From: Alphaproteobacteria bacterium
GTDB taxonomy: Bacteria > Pseudomonadota > Alphaproteobacteria > Rs-D84
Reading direction: 5' to 3'
Length of the DNA: 64,000 nucleotides
Assembly (NCBI GenBank): GCA_017549445.1
Contig: JAFYUU010000001.1
Location: 16,332-80,331, forward strand
A model generated the notes under the pieces. That model was not told where the DNA came from, made no database searches, and saw nothing but the letters and a program-made list of their open reading frames with translations. The position numbers were made by a program, and so were the translations under genes. Within the stretch, counting starts at the first letter, position 1. Each line of letters opens with the position of its first letter. This document shows positions 17,210 to 27,788 of this stretch, in pieces.

Positions 17210-18784
17210 TCAATGTTTATGTCGCAATGCAGCGGCAATAAATGCATTAAACATAGGGTGACCCGAATATGGACTGGATTGAAATTCGGGATGAAACTGG
17301 CCCGCAACAAAGAAGGGATGATCAGGAATTTCTATAATCTCGGGCAGTTTGCCATCGGGACTGAGACCTGATATTTTCATGCCTGCCTGCTGGAATTTTT
17401 CACGCAGAGAAACATCCATTTCATAGCGGTGGCGGTGCCGTTCGCTGATTTCTGTTTTTCCATAGATTTGGTGGGCACGACTGGACGGACTTATCACACA
17501 AGGATAAGCCCCCAGACGCAGTGTTCCACCCATATCTTCGGCATCGCAATCGGCCATAATATCAATTACTGGGGTGCAGTTTTTCGAGAACTCGGTCGAG
17601 TCCGCATCCGCTATACCCAATACATTGCGGGCAAATTCTATCACAGCAACCTGCATGCCCAGACATATCCCCATGTATGGCACACGATTTTCACGTGCAT
17701 AATTTGCCGCCGATATTTTTCCCGCAACACCACGATTACCAAATCCACCAGGAACCAAAATCCCATCCAGACCCGTGCATTCGTCTGCTGAAAAACTTTC
17801 GGCATTTATCTTTTTAATCTTAACATGCACGTTATTTTGGATACCGGCATGGAATAATGCCTCGTTCAAGGATTTGTAAGCATCGGGAACCTCGAAATAT
17901 TTGCCGACAACACCAATGTGAACCGTTGGCAAGTCCGCAGACAGATGATGTTCTATCTTTTGGAAACGGGTCATGTCGCCAGTTGCACTGGGCAAACCAA
18001 AGTGTTCGGCAATTATGTCAAATACATGTTGGCCTTCGTATGCCAATGGAATTTTGTAGATGTTATCAACGTCAATTCCACTGATTACGTTTTGGGCCGG
18101 CATATTACAGAACATTCCAATCTTGGCACGTTCGTCCGATGTCAACATTCGTGGTGTGCGGACAATCAGCATATCTGCCTGAATCCCGTTTTCCAGTAAT
18201 CTGCGAACAGACATCTGGGTTGGCTTGGTTTTCAATTCGCCCGATTTTTCCAAATAAGGTGCCAGGGTTAAATGCACAAACATAACGTTGCGACGACCAA
18301 CCTGGTTGGCAAACTGGCGTATCGATTCAAGGAATATTTGGCCTTCGATGTCGCCAACCGTGCCACCGATTTCACATACAACAAAGTCCGTGTCCGTTGG
18401 TGCCGATATGTATTCTTTTATCTTGTTCGTGACGTGCGGTATCATCTGGACAGTCGCCCCCAGGTAATCCCCGTGACGTTCCGCATTCAGAACGTCCCAA
18501 TAAATGCGTCCGCCAGATACCGAATCGTTTCGGGATAACTGTGCCCCCAGAAAACGTTCATAATATCCCAAGTCCAAGTCCGTTTCATAACCATCGTTGG
18601 TGACGTAAACCTCGCCATGTTGAAAAGGGGACATTGTCCCCGGGTCTATGTTAAGATATGGATCAAATTTGCGTGCGTGAACCGTATAACCCCGGGATTG
18701 AAGAAGGGCGCCACACCCTGCCGCTGCGACGCCCTTGCCTAAACTGGATACAACCCCACCTGTGATAAAAATGTATTTCGCCAT
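17210..18784 (-). CDS. pyrG: CTP synthase
   Basis: 524 aa with MAKYIFITGGVVSSLGKG... and a glutamine amidotransferase C-domain (GICLGMQ, HRHRYE). Confidence 0.97.
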   Translation of the reverse strand: MAKYIFITGGVVSSLGKGVAAAGCGALLQSRGYTVHARKFDPYLNIDPGTMSPFQHGEVYVTNDGYETDLDLGYYERFLGAQLSRNDSVSGGRIYWDVLNAERHGDYLGATVQMIPHVTNKIKEYISAPTDTDFVVCEIGGTVGDIEGQIFLESIRQFANQVGRRNVMFVHLTLAPYLEKSGELKTKPTQMSVRRLLENGIQADMLIVRTPRMLTSDERAKIGMFCNMPAQNVISGIDVDNIYKIPLAYEGQHVFDIIAEHFGLPSATGDMTRFQKIEHHLSADLPTVHIGVVGKYFEVPDAYKSLNEALFHAGIQNNVHVKIKKINAESFSADECTGLDGILVPGGFGNRGVAGKISAANYARENRVPYMGICLGMQVAVIEFARNVLGIADADSTEFSKNCTPVIDIMADCDAEDMGGTLRLGAYPCVISPSSRAHQIYGKTEISERHRHRYEMDVSLREKFQQAGMKISGLSPDGKLPEIIEIPDHPFFVAGQFHPEFQSSPYSGHPMFNAFIAAALRHKH

Positions 18785-18861
18785 AAGAAGCCCCCTTATG
18801 GAATTTTATCATAGGAAATTTTCCGTTGCGGTGCAATCAAATAAATTCCTATACTGGCCGT

Positions 18862-20775
18862 ATGCAGAATTTGGCGAAATATCAAGATAATAATTGGTTT
18901 GGATGGGGCACAATCGCATTGGCGGGCGGTGCCGGGTTATACTTTGCAATGCAACACGAACCGTATATCCCATACCCATACATCTTGGCCGTTTGTTTGT
19001 GTGCGATTACTGCATGGGGACGAGTGCCAAAATTTTTGCGGATTATCACAACATTTTTATTCGGATTTGTTTATGCGTTTATCTTTACAAATCAGATAAA
19101 CACTCCGCAGATAAATTCCACAATGCGAAATGCTGAAATAGTCGGTCAGGTGTATAAGACAGATATCGCAAACAATAAAAAACGTATTTATATCCAAACA
19201 GATGACAATATGCGTGTGCGTCTGACCGTGGGCGATGATATCACAGTCCCCAACACAGGCGATACAATAAAGGCAACTGCAACACTGTTTCGACCAGCAG
19301 GCACATACGCACCAGAAACATTTGATTATGCACGATGGGCATACTTTAACAATCTGACGGCAACGGGGTATATTTCGGACTGCGTTATTACAAGGCCTGC
19401 ACGTGGGTTCAATATAAATTCCTGGCGTAATAAAATACATGAACGGGCGAATTCTTATCTGGTTGATGCGTTGGTGTTGGGGTATAAAAATGCGGTGCCT
19501 GACACAGACAGTAAAATTTGGACCACAGCTGGCGTGGGACACGTGTGGTCAATCAGTGGTTTTCATATGACACTGGTCGGTGGGTGGATTTTTGCAATAT
19601 TCTTTTTAATTTTTCGTGCAATACCGTATGTCACCAGACGTATCCCTGCCAGAATCCCAGCGATTATATGTGCATGGATTGGACTGGGGATTTATTTGTT
19701 TATTTCTGGGATAGATGTGGCAACGGTGCGTGCTTTCTTGATGACAACGTTGGTGTTTATGGCGTTTATTTTGGGACGAAGGGCATTTTCAATGCGAAAT
19801 GTATGCTTGGCATTTTGCATTATATTTTTATTAAATCCACACTATGTTATGCAACCTGGGTTTCAACTGTCTTTTTCCGCAGTGTTTGGACTGGTCTGGT
19901 TCTGGGACGAACGGCCGTTCGTTCAACGCAGTTTCACACAAAAGGTTTTACATGCAATTTATGCAACAATTATAACGTCTGGGGTTGCGACCGTTTTTAC
20001 CGCACCGTTCGTTATTGCACATTTTTATTCAATACCAATTTATGGACTGATTGGGAATCTGATATTACTGCCGATATTTTCATTTGCAATTATGCCGTGT
20101 GTTATGTTTGGGGCAATTGGGATTGATGTGGGTGTCAAATGGGCACACGGTATTTATGATTGGGCTTTGACAATAGCAACACAAATTTCCGACCTGCCAA
20201 TGGCAACTGTCACAATGCCACACACTCCAAATTCTGCGACGGTGTGTTTTATTCTGGGGCTGGCCACGATTATATTTATCAAAAATGCAAAGTATAAAAT
20301 CAATCATATAATCGGATGGGCTATCATCTGTGTGGGCGTGGGGATTGTTGCACTGCAAAGCAAGCCCATATTTATGTCAACGTTTGATAACACAGTGGTG
20401 GCATTCAGAAATGATAAAGACAATTTAATTTTTAACACAACCAGTTCTGCAAATCACTATTTTGCGTTTGATACATTTTTGCAACTAAATGGTCAACCCA
20501 CAGATTCAACACGACACAAACAAAAGTGCAAACGTGGTGTGTGCGAATTTACAAATGGCACAATTAAAATTGTTCAGGTATCACGATTTATTCCTTTGAT
20601 GAAAAATCTGAACAATTGGTGCAATGACAAGAGCATAACATATATTGTATCGCACCTGAAAATTGATGCACCAAATTGCAATCACAAAATTTTAAGTGGC
20701 GGAATTATTATCTATGATAACGGACAAATTAAACGGACGAAGTATGGTCGTCGCTGGCATAATCAGCACGGATAA
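18862..20775 (+). CDS. comEC: ComEC/Rec2-family DNA internalisation channel protein
   Basis: Polytopic protein whose core block TAGVGHVWSISGFHMTLVGGWIF matches the ComEC competence domain. No HxHxDH metallo-beta-lactamase motif was seen in the C-terminal region. Start uncertain (TTG 18826 or ATG 18862). Confidence 0.75.
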   Translation: MQNLAKYQDNNWFGWGTIALAGGAGLYFAMQHEPYIPYPYILAVCLCAITAWGRVPKFLRIITTFLFGFVYAFIFTNQINTPQINSTMRNAEIVGQVYKTDIANNKKRIYIQTDDNMRVRLTVGDDITVPNTGDTIKATATLFRPAGTYAPETFDYARWAYFNNLTATGYISDCVITRPARGFNINSWRNKIHERANSYLVDALVLGYKNAVPDTDSKIWTTAGVGHVWSISGFHMTLVGGWIFAIFFLIFRAIPYVTRRIPARIPAIICAWIGLGIYLFISGIDVATVRAFLMTTLVFMAFILGRRAFSMRNVCLAFCIIFLLNPHYVMQPGFQLSFSAVFGLVWFWDERPFVQRSFTQKVLHAIYATIITSGVATVFTAPFVIAHFYSIPIYGLIGNLILLPIFSFAIMPCVMFGAIGIDVGVKWAHGIYDWALTIATQISDLPMATVTMPHTPNSATVCFILGLATIIFIKNAKYKINHIIGWAIICVGVGIVALQSKPIFMSTFDNTVVAFRNDKDNLIFNTTSSANHYFAFDTFLQLNGQPTDSTRHKQKCKRGVCEFTNGTIKIVQVSRFIPLMKNLNNWCNDKSITYIVSHLKIDAPNCNHKILSGGIIIYDNGQIKRTKYGRRWHNQHG

Positions 20776-21487
20776 AATACAGGCCAGATGCAGGGGCCGT
20801 TGGGCCGGCAGAACTGCGATTCTTGGCGGATAAAATTTCATCTATATCGTATGGCTTGCCCAGACCGATTTCAATCAATGTGCCAACAATATTACGAACC
20901 ATGTGATGCAAAAATGAACGGGCAGAAAATGAAAAGATAATTTCATCGCCCTGTTGCGTGATTTCAATTTTATCCAATGTCTTGATGGGGGATTTGGCCT
21001 GACACTCGGACGCACGGAAACTGGTAAAATCGTGATTGCCAATTAAACGCAGGGACGCACGACGCATTGCGGAAACGTCTAATTTTCGTGGCACCCAATA
21101 AACACGATTGCGGGCCAAGACCGGGGCCGATGGACGGTTCAGAACCACGTATTTATAATGACGAGATGTGCAATCAAATCGGGCATTAAATTCATCGGAA
21201 ACAATTTGACAGTCAATCACAGATACTGGTTTGCCCGTCAGATAAAAATTTACCGCACGCATAACCGTGTTGGCAGATGTATCGCCCGGCAAATCAAAAT
21301 GAGCCGTCATCGCAACCGCATGAACACCTGCGTCTGTGCGACCCGCACCAACGACATCAGGACGAACACCACAAAACTGATAAATCGCATCTTTCATCAA
21401 TGATTGAACAGACGGGCCCTGGCGATTTTCCTGCCAGCCGATAAGGTCGGTTCCATCATATTCTAAAATTACTTTATATCGTGTCAT
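20729..21487 (-). CDS. truA: tRNA pseudouridine(38-40) synthase TruA
   Basis: MTRYKVILEYDGTDLIGWQ and the catalytic GAGRTDAGVHA motif. The start at 21487 is preferred over the ORF-track start at 21559, which overlaps fmt. Confidence 0.9.
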   Translation of the reverse strand: MTRYKVILEYDGTDLIGWQENRQGPSVQSLMKDAIYQFCGVRPDVVGAGRTDAGVHAVAMTAHFDLPGDTSANTVMRAVNFYLTGKPVSVIDCQIVSDEFNARFDCTSRHYKYVVLNRPSAPVLARNRVYWVPRKLDVSAMRRASLRLIGNHDFTSFRASECQAKSPIKTLDKIEITQQGDEIIFSFSARSFLHHMVRNIVGTLIEIGLGKPYDIDEILSAKNRSSAGPTAPASGLYFIRADYASDDHTSSV

Positions 21488-21504
21488 CTTGAACGCCGTG
21501 TTGT

Positions 21505-22311
21505 TTATTCGCCATACTTTATTTCGGCACCGTGCAGGCCGTTTAGAAAACTTTTCCAATCCATTGGCATTTTCCCAGCGGGCTGAATCCGAAGGATTTT
21601 CAATTCATCGTTTTCAATTCTTGTTTCCAATATCTTGACATCTGTGCCACTGATTTTTGTGCGACCCGAACCCAGGGCACGAATCTGATTATGGATTTGG
21701 GTTGCTGATTTTGACCAATCAATAATTTCATCCGTGCCAGTCCATTTGTGCGTATATGTTGGTGTGCCAATCTGAGGCAAGGCAGGATATTGTGATGGGT
21801 TTGACAAGTATTCAATCAAAATTTCCGAGCCGATTTTTGACACCAGTTTTTCTATCGTTTCATTTGTATCGTTTTCGCCAATTGGAAATTCCCGACAGAT
21901 ATGAATATCGCCTGCGTCCAGTTCCGCCGTCACGTCCATCAGGCATACACCTGATTTTTTATCACCGTTATAAATCGCTGTGCGAATTGGCGATGGCCCA
22001 CGATAGGCGGGCAACAAACTGGGGTGAATATTGACACAAGGTGCTGATGACAAAACATTATCCCGCAAAATAACACCGTATGAAATTACCACTATCATAT
22101 CTGGTGTATAATTATATTCGTTGATATTTGTGTGCAAGGTCAGATTGTTTTCCACCGCCCAATTATGAACAGGTGATGGGGTCATAATCTGTTTGCGACC
22201 CGTGGGTTTGGGGGCACGGGTAAAGACCGCCATTATTTCATGACCTGCGTTTTTTATTGCATCAAAAATCGGAACGACAAATTCGTTTGTCCCCATTAAA
22301 ACCAGTTTCAT
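21505..22311 (-). CDS. fmt: Methionyl-tRNA formyltransferase (short form)
   Basis: 268 aa with the HPSLLPAYRGPSPI motif. Its start overlaps the def stop by 4 nt. Confidence 0.9.
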   Translation of the reverse strand: MKLVLMGTNEFVVPIFDAIKNAGHEIMAVFTRAPKPTGRKQIMTPSPVHNWAVENNLTLHTNINEYNYTPDMIVVISYGVILRDNVLSSAPCVNIHPSLLPAYRGPSPIRTAIYNGDKKSGVCLMDVTAELDAGDIHICREFPIGENDTNETIEKLVSKIGSEILIEYLSNPSQYPALPQIGTPTYTHKWTGTDEIIDWSKSATQIHNQIRALGSGRTKISGTDVKILETRIENDELKILRIQPAGKMPMDWKSFLNGLHGAEIKYGE

Positions 22312-22808
22312 TTGCGACGTCTCACTTTTCTCATAACCATTTCACGACGCACAGGCGACAGATGGTCGATAAACAATACACCATCAAGGTGATCCGTTTC
22401 ATGTTGCACAATGCGTGCAGGCAATCCCATCATCTGGGCTGATAATTGTTTGCCCGTTTCGTCCGTCCATTCAACGATTACCGAACTGGGGCGGGTGACG
22501 TTGGAATAAACCGGCAGGTCGTCAGACCCAAGAACCGACAAGCAACCTTCTTCCATGGTGCATTTATCTTCGCCATAGGATACAATGCGTGGGTTTATCA
22601 TACGAAAGACCTGTTTGGAATCTGGATCCATCATAACCAGGAAACGAGATAATATCCCAACCTGGGGGGCTGCCAGACCAACACCGTTTTGTTCCTCCAT
22701 CATTTTGACCATTTCGTCCATTGTGGACAGCAGTTCAGGTGTGATGGCAGATACCGGGTCACATTTGGTCCGCAAAACTAAATCCCCACAAAGTTTCATT
22801 TGCAACAT
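22308..22808 (-). CDS. def: Peptide deformylase
   Basis: The three signature motifs are present: GVGLAAPQVG, EGCLS and HETDHLDG. Confidence 0.95.
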   Translation of the reverse strand: MLQMKLCGDLVLRTKCDPVSAITPELLSTMDEMVKMMEEQNGVGLAAPQVGILSRFLVMMDPDSKQVFRMINPRIVSYGEDKCTMEEGCLSVLGSDDLPVYSNVTRPSSVIVEWTDETGKQLSAQMMGLPARIVQHETDHLDGVLFIDHLSPVRREMVMRKVRRRK

Positions 22809-22849
22809 TTATAAATCCTTTTATAATTATTCTAGCAAAGGATTGAGAA

Positions 22850-23731
22850 ATGACAACTTATATTTTCGTATTATTGTTTATTATTATTGGCTTGCTGTTT
22901 GTGTTGCTGATGCGACGGCCGACGGTTGATATTTCTGCACTGCGTGAAGACAATGCACGGTTGCGGGAACGGTTGGCAGAACGGCTGGGGGTGCTGGCAC
23001 AAAATGCAAACGAATTGAAAAATATCAGTGGCGATATTGCAAACTTTAAGAATATTTTAATGGGAAACAAGCAGGCACGTGGAACATTCGGCGAAAGACA
23101 ACTGGAAGATTTGGTCGCAGATGTTATGCCACCAGAAACCTATGAATTTCAATACGTGTTGCCAACAAATGTGCGACCAGATTGTGTAATTCGCCTGCCC
23201 TATCCGCCAGGCGATATGGTAATTGACAGCAAATTCCCACTGGAAGCATACAATCGTATGCAGGAAAATCCAAATGACGGTCTGGCACGGAAACAGTTCG
23301 AGGTCGATGTCAGACGACACATAGATGCAATTGCAGATAAATATATTATCCCAGGGGTGACGGCGGATTCTGCGATGATGTTTATTGCGTCTGAATCAAT
23401 ATTCGAGACACTGCATCGGCAATTTCCAAATACAATTGAATACGGTGCAAAACAAAAGGTCTTTATCGTTTCGCCGGCAACACTGTGGGCAACGTTGAAT
23501 ACGATTCGTGCGGTGCTGTCAGATATAAAAATTAAACGTGTCGCAGGACAGATAAAAAAAGAACTGGATTTGCTGTTGACAGATTTGGGACGACTGGCCG
23601 ATCGGGCGGACAAGGTTCAACAGCACTTTGCCCAGGCACAAAATGACATTGATTTGTTGCAAACATCAATAGGCAAAATTTCGCCACGGGCTGAAAAAAT
23701 GCGGGCAATGGATTTTGGCGAAGACCAATAA
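22850..23731 (+). CDS. rmuC: DNA recombination protein RmuC (short)
   Basis: N-terminal TM helix and coiled coil, then an RmuC core (FGERQLEDLVADVM...RPDCVIRLPYPPGDMVIDSKFPLEAY...VFIVSPATLWATLNTIRAV). Confidence 0.85.
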   Translation: MTTYIFVLLFIIIGLLFVLLMRRPTVDISALREDNARLRERLAERLGVLAQNANELKNISGDIANFKNILMGNKQARGTFGERQLEDLVADVMPPETYEFQYVLPTNVRPDCVIRLPYPPGDMVIDSKFPLEAYNRMQENPNDGLARKQFEVDVRRHIDAIADKYIIPGVTADSAMMFIASESIFETLHRQFPNTIEYGAKQKVFIVSPATLWATLNTIRAVLSDIKIKRVAGQIKKELDLLLTDLGRLADRADKVQQHFAQAQNDIDLLQTSIGKISPRAEKMRAMDFGEDQ

Positions 23732-23739
23732 AAATGGTG

Positions 23740-24015
23740 CTATTTCTTGGATAGACGTTTTTTAGTTTTCTGGGGGGCTTGGTCCCCCAGAATTTGCATC
23801 TGCATTTGTAATATTAAATCTTCTTTTTCGTGAATTTGGCGAAGCAAATCTGTGTTTTCCAGTTTAATCTTTTCCAAGGCCTGACGGCTGACCACCAGTT
23901 GGGACGACATCTTGCGATTTCTGTCACGGTTCAACAGGTATGTAAATAATGCCCCCAGTATCGCACCACCTGATGCACTGACAAAATCAAAAAATGTTTC
24001 CATCGCATATGCCAT
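23740..24015 (-). CDS. Hypothetical small membrane / coiled-coil protein
   Basis: 91 aa with one TM helix (GGAILGALFTYLL) and a coiled-coil tail. There is no clear RBS and no homology was recognised. Confidence 0.4.
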   Translation of the reverse strand: MAYAMETFFDFVSASGGAILGALFTYLLNRDRNRKMSSQLVVSRQALEKIKLENTDLLRQIHEKEDLILQMQMQILGDQAPQKTKKRLSKK

Positions 24016-24055
24016 GGAAACATTTTAACACGAACCATATTTTTACACACTAGGT

Positions 24056-24652
24056 CTATTTTCTCATTCCTGTTTTGCGATTTATCCAGACCTGTTCATC
24101 GGCGATTTCCATCAAGGGCATATCCGATTTACTGTCCGAATAAGAACGGACAACATCAGGGATTATCTTGTTCTGTTTTGCCCATTCATCCAGTGCATAA
24201 ACCTTTTTCACACCCCAACAAATACGTTCGTATTTCCACGGTTTTTCTTTGTTCATTTGGGATGTAATTACTGCATCGAATTTCATATCACGAACCAATT
24301 GGGGAACCAGATAATCGGTGCTGGCAGAAATCAAGACAACCTTGTGCCCACAATCACGTTCGTATTGCACACGTTCCTTGGCCCAGCCAAAGCGTTCACG
24401 TTTATGCTGGCGGATGAAATCAGGTGCATATTTTTTTACCATGTCACGGGTTAAAAAACGGCGAATATTTTCACGCCACCACAGACCGTGCGGACGTATC
24501 CAACGCAAAACACCACAGACCATCATCAATGGCAAATACAACCATGGACGGATAGAATGCTTGAAACAATATCTGGCAAATTCCACATTGGAATCACGGG
24601 CAGATAGTGTGCCATCAAAATCGAATACAACAACAGTAGTTTTTCTTAACAT
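24056..24652 (-). CDS. HAD-superfamily hydrolase (subfamily IB-like)
   Basis: Motif I VVFDFDGTLS at the N-terminus. SASTDYL (motif II-like) and SDSKSDMPL (motif IV-like) are also present. Confidence 0.7.
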   Translation of the reverse strand: MLRKTTVVVFDFDGTLSARDSNVEFARYCFKHSIRPWLYLPLMMVCGVLRWIRPHGLWWRENIRRFLTRDMVKKYAPDFIRQHKRERFGWAKERVQYERDCGHKVVLISASTDYLVPQLVRDMKFDAVITSQMNKEKPWKYERICWGVKKVYALDEWAKQNKIIPDVVRSYSDSKSDMPLMEIADEQVWINRKTGMRK

Positions 24653-24710
24653 GAATTTTTACCTTTTGTTTGGTCGGCCAGATTATAGCAGGCACAATAC
24701 AAAAAAAGCA

Positions 24711-24735
24711 AATAAAATCCCCCAAACGGGGGATT
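24711..24735 (-). terminator. Intrinsic terminator after the RND pump gene
   Basis: Stem AATCCCCC/GGGGGATT (24716-24735) with an AAAC loop, followed on the minus strand by TTTTATTT. Confidence 0.65.
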
Positions 24736-24737
24736 GG

Positions 24738-27700
24738 TTATTTTCTGATACTTTGCCACCAATTACGTAATTTTTCCATCAAGAAGAACAATGCAGGTGT
24801 CAGGGTAAATGTCCATATCAAACTGGCCAGCATACCACCAATCATAACCGCACCCATGGCAACCTTCATACCGTCTGTTGACCACAGTTGTGGCACCATA
24901 CCCGCCATAACCGCAATAGATGTCATCAACACCATACCACGTTTGTCCTGTAATTCAGACCACAGGGCGGTATAGGCATCTTCGCCACGGGCGACACGGT
25001 TGACCGTTGGTTCCAAAACCAAAATGTTATTATTCACCACCAATCCAACCAACATAACAAATGCCAACATCGCACCAACGTTCATGGACGCACCAGACAA
25101 GAACATCAGGATAAACACACCTGCAAAACTGGTGATGATTGATGTCGCAATCGTGAACGGATGAATCAAGGAATTCAATATCGCCGCCAACAACATAAAT
25201 GTCAATATCGTTGCCAACAAGAAGGCATTTCCGATTTCTGTGGTCGTTTCGCCCTGAATTTCGGACATGCCACCAAATTCGGCATAGTATCCCGGTTGCC
25301 AATCAATCTTATTCAGGTTTGATTGAATCTTGGCCTGAACCGGGCCCATGGTAGATTTACCGATATTGATGTCAATTTCGGTTAAACGTTCTTTGTCCTT
25401 GCGACGAATTTCAGGTGTGGCAGATGCGGTTTCAACACGACCCACCGCAGACAGTGGCACCATACCCTTTTGCGAATTTACATACACAATGTCGAACATA
25501 GAAACATTTTTATATGCTTCGTCAAATTCCAGAACAATCGGATATTCTTCGCCGTTTTCTTTGTATTTATAATCGTCATTTCCGAACAAGGCCGTTCGCA
25601 GTGTCGTGCCTGCATAGGCATTTTGCACACCCCAGAAATTCATCTTTTCTTCGTCTGGGATAAACTGATATTCGTTTGCAGGGGCCTGTTGTGCCAATAC
25701 CGCCGATTGAACTTCGGGGATTTGGTTGGTCATATCGATAATCTGGTCGGCATATGCATTGCGAATTGCATCGTCTGGGCCAAATACGTTCAAGACCAAG
25801 TCCGCAGATACACCCGCATTTGATGACTGACCCGCACGGATTAAAACCTGGGCATCGGGAATATCAGACAAAGATGGCAACATTGCCTGGGCCAATTTCT
25901 TGTCCGAGATATCACGTTCGGACACATCGACCAATTCAACCTTAATCGATATGTTTTGCAGGCCACGTTCACCAATCTTGACGGTGGTGGATTTTACCTC
26001 GTCAAATTTGTGCAGACGTTCTTCTAACTGCTGGGCAATGGACAAGGATTTTTCATACGTCGAACCCATTGGGGCACGCACTGTCAATGTGATTTCGTTG
26101 GCATCTGTTGATGGCGAAAATTCATTTCCAACAAACTTCATCAACATAGATGACCCAATCAAAACCGCAATTGCCAAAATCAATACTTTGCCTGGGTTGG
26201 AATACTGAAATTCATACCATTTACGCAGACCGGTCTTTTCGACTTTTTCAGGCGATGACTTCTTTGCCTTTGACTGTTTTTCGCCACCGGTCAGACGCAA
26301 AAACTTGGCAATCATCATTGGTGTCAATGTGAACGAGAATAGCAATGACAACAGTGTCAGATACACAACCGTCATACCAAACTGCATCATAAACTTGCCC
26401 ACAATACCGCCCATAAATGCCAATGGCAAGAACACCACAACGTTCGTTCCAACACCGGCCAAAACAGATACAGCAACCTTTTTCGTTCCGTCAATAGATG
26501 CGTCTTCGGGCGATTTGCCGGCACGCATTTCTTGCAGGGCGGACTCAATCAAAATAATCGCATTCGACACCAACGTTCCCAAGGCAGACGAATATGCCAA
26601 CAATGTCATCGCATTGACGGTAAATCCAGATCCGTCCATAAAGAAGAACCCTGCAACCAATGATGCTGGAATCACAACGCCTGCGATAACAGTGGAACGC
26701 CAGTTGCGGGTAAATGCCAACAATACCAATACCGTCAGCAAGATACCCAAAACAATCGAATTGATTGTGTCGTTTGTTTCATCAGATACCGCCGTGGACG
26801 AATCATAAACGATTTCCATTTCAGCATCAGGAAAACGGGATTTCAAGTCGGCCTGATATTCAGGCATTTTTTTACGCAATTCTTGCGATATTTTAATTGC
26901 ATTACCGTCAGACGATTTTACAACAGATGCAATCACAACGTCTTGACCATTATAACGGGCACCGTTTTCGATTTCACGTGCACTGTCGGTAATTGTTGCG
27001 ACATCGGATAACTTGAACTTTTGTCCTTCGACCGTGGTCAGCCCCAGATTGCTGATTTCATCAATGGACGCAAATTCACCAATAAAACGCACGTTGGACG
27101 AATCTGTGCCGGCTTCTATCTTGCCACCGGGGACGTTCAAATTACGATTACCCAATGCGGATACAATATCCATAATTGTGACACCATGGGCGGTCATCAA
27201 TTCTGGATCCATTGCAATACGAACCGCACGTTGGCGACCACCAAAAATTGATACACTGGCCACACCATTGATACCCGTGATTTTGTTCGACAGAACGTCA
27301 TCGACATATTCTTCCAATTCACGTGCATCAGCACCGTGCAGTGTGATGTCCACCACCGCTTCTTGTAATGGATTTAATTTTTCCACAACCGGTTGGTCCA
27401 TATCGGTTGGAAATTCTGAAATCAATGCGTCTAACTTTGTCTTAATTTCAGATGCTTTGTCATTTACATTTACACCCAGGTTAAATTCAGCCAAAACCAT
27501 ACCGCTGTTTTCATAACCGTATGATGTCAGATTCTTTAACTCGGCCACTTCGGAAATGGCATCTTCGGCACGTTTTAGAATCTGGGATTCCATTTCAGAT
27601 GGCGAGGCACCCGGATAAACAAAAGTCGATGTCACAATTGGAAAGTCCAATGATGGTGTGCGTTCTATGTTCATCTTTGGAAAAGATACAAATCCCAAAA

Positions 27701-27761
27701 TGACCCAGAACAAAACGAACATCAATGTGGTGACTGGTCTGCGAACAAAAAATTTCAACAT
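24738..27761 (-). CDS. RND efflux transporter, AcrB/AcrD/AcrF family
   Basis: 1007 aa with an N-terminal MLKFFVRRPVTTLMFVLFWVILG and two large periplasmic loops separating blocks of TM helices. It is the last gene of the marR-tolC-mfp-RND operon. Confidence 0.92.
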   Translation of the reverse strand: MLKFFVRRPVTTLMFVLFWVILGFVSFPKMNIERTPSLDFPIVTSTFVYPGASPSEMESQILKRAEDAISEVAELKNLTSYGYENSGMVLAEFNLGVNVNDKASEIKTKLDALISEFPTDMDQPVVEKLNPLQEAVVDITLHGADARELEEYVDDVLSNKITGINGVASVSIFGGRQRAVRIAMDPELMTAHGVTIMDIVSALGNRNLNVPGGKIEAGTDSSNVRFIGEFASIDEISNLGLTTVEGQKFKLSDVATITDSAREIENGARYNGQDVVIASVVKSSDGNAIKISQELRKKMPEYQADLKSRFPDAEMEIVYDSSTAVSDETNDTINSIVLGILLTVLVLLAFTRNWRSTVIAGVVIPASLVAGFFFMDGSGFTVNAMTLLAYSSALGTLVSNAIILIESALQEMRAGKSPEDASIDGTKKVAVSVLAGVGTNVVVFLPLAFMGGIVGKFMMQFGMTVVYLTLLSLLFSFTLTPMMIAKFLRLTGGEKQSKAKKSSPEKVEKTGLRKWYEFQYSNPGKVLILAIAVLIGSSMLMKFVGNEFSPSTDANEITLTVRAPMGSTYEKSLSIAQQLEERLHKFDEVKSTTVKIGERGLQNISIKVELVDVSERDISDKKLAQAMLPSLSDIPDAQVLIRAGQSSNAGVSADLVLNVFGPDDAIRNAYADQIIDMTNQIPEVQSAVLAQQAPANEYQFIPDEEKMNFWGVQNAYAGTTLRTALFGNDDYKYKENGEEYPIVLEFDEAYKNVSMFDIVYVNSQKGMVPLSAVGRVETASATPEIRRKDKERLTEIDINIGKSTMGPVQAKIQSNLNKIDWQPGYYAEFGGMSEIQGETTTEIGNAFLLATILTFMLLAAILNSLIHPFTIATSIITSFAGVFILMFLSGASMNVGAMLAFVMLVGLVVNNNILVLEPTVNRVARGEDAYTALWSELQDKRGMVLMTSIAVMAGMVPQLWSTDGMKVAMGAVMIGGMLASLIWTFTLTPALFFLMEKLRNWWQSIRK

Positions 27762-27788
27762 GGTATTTCCCCCGTAATAATTTATGAA

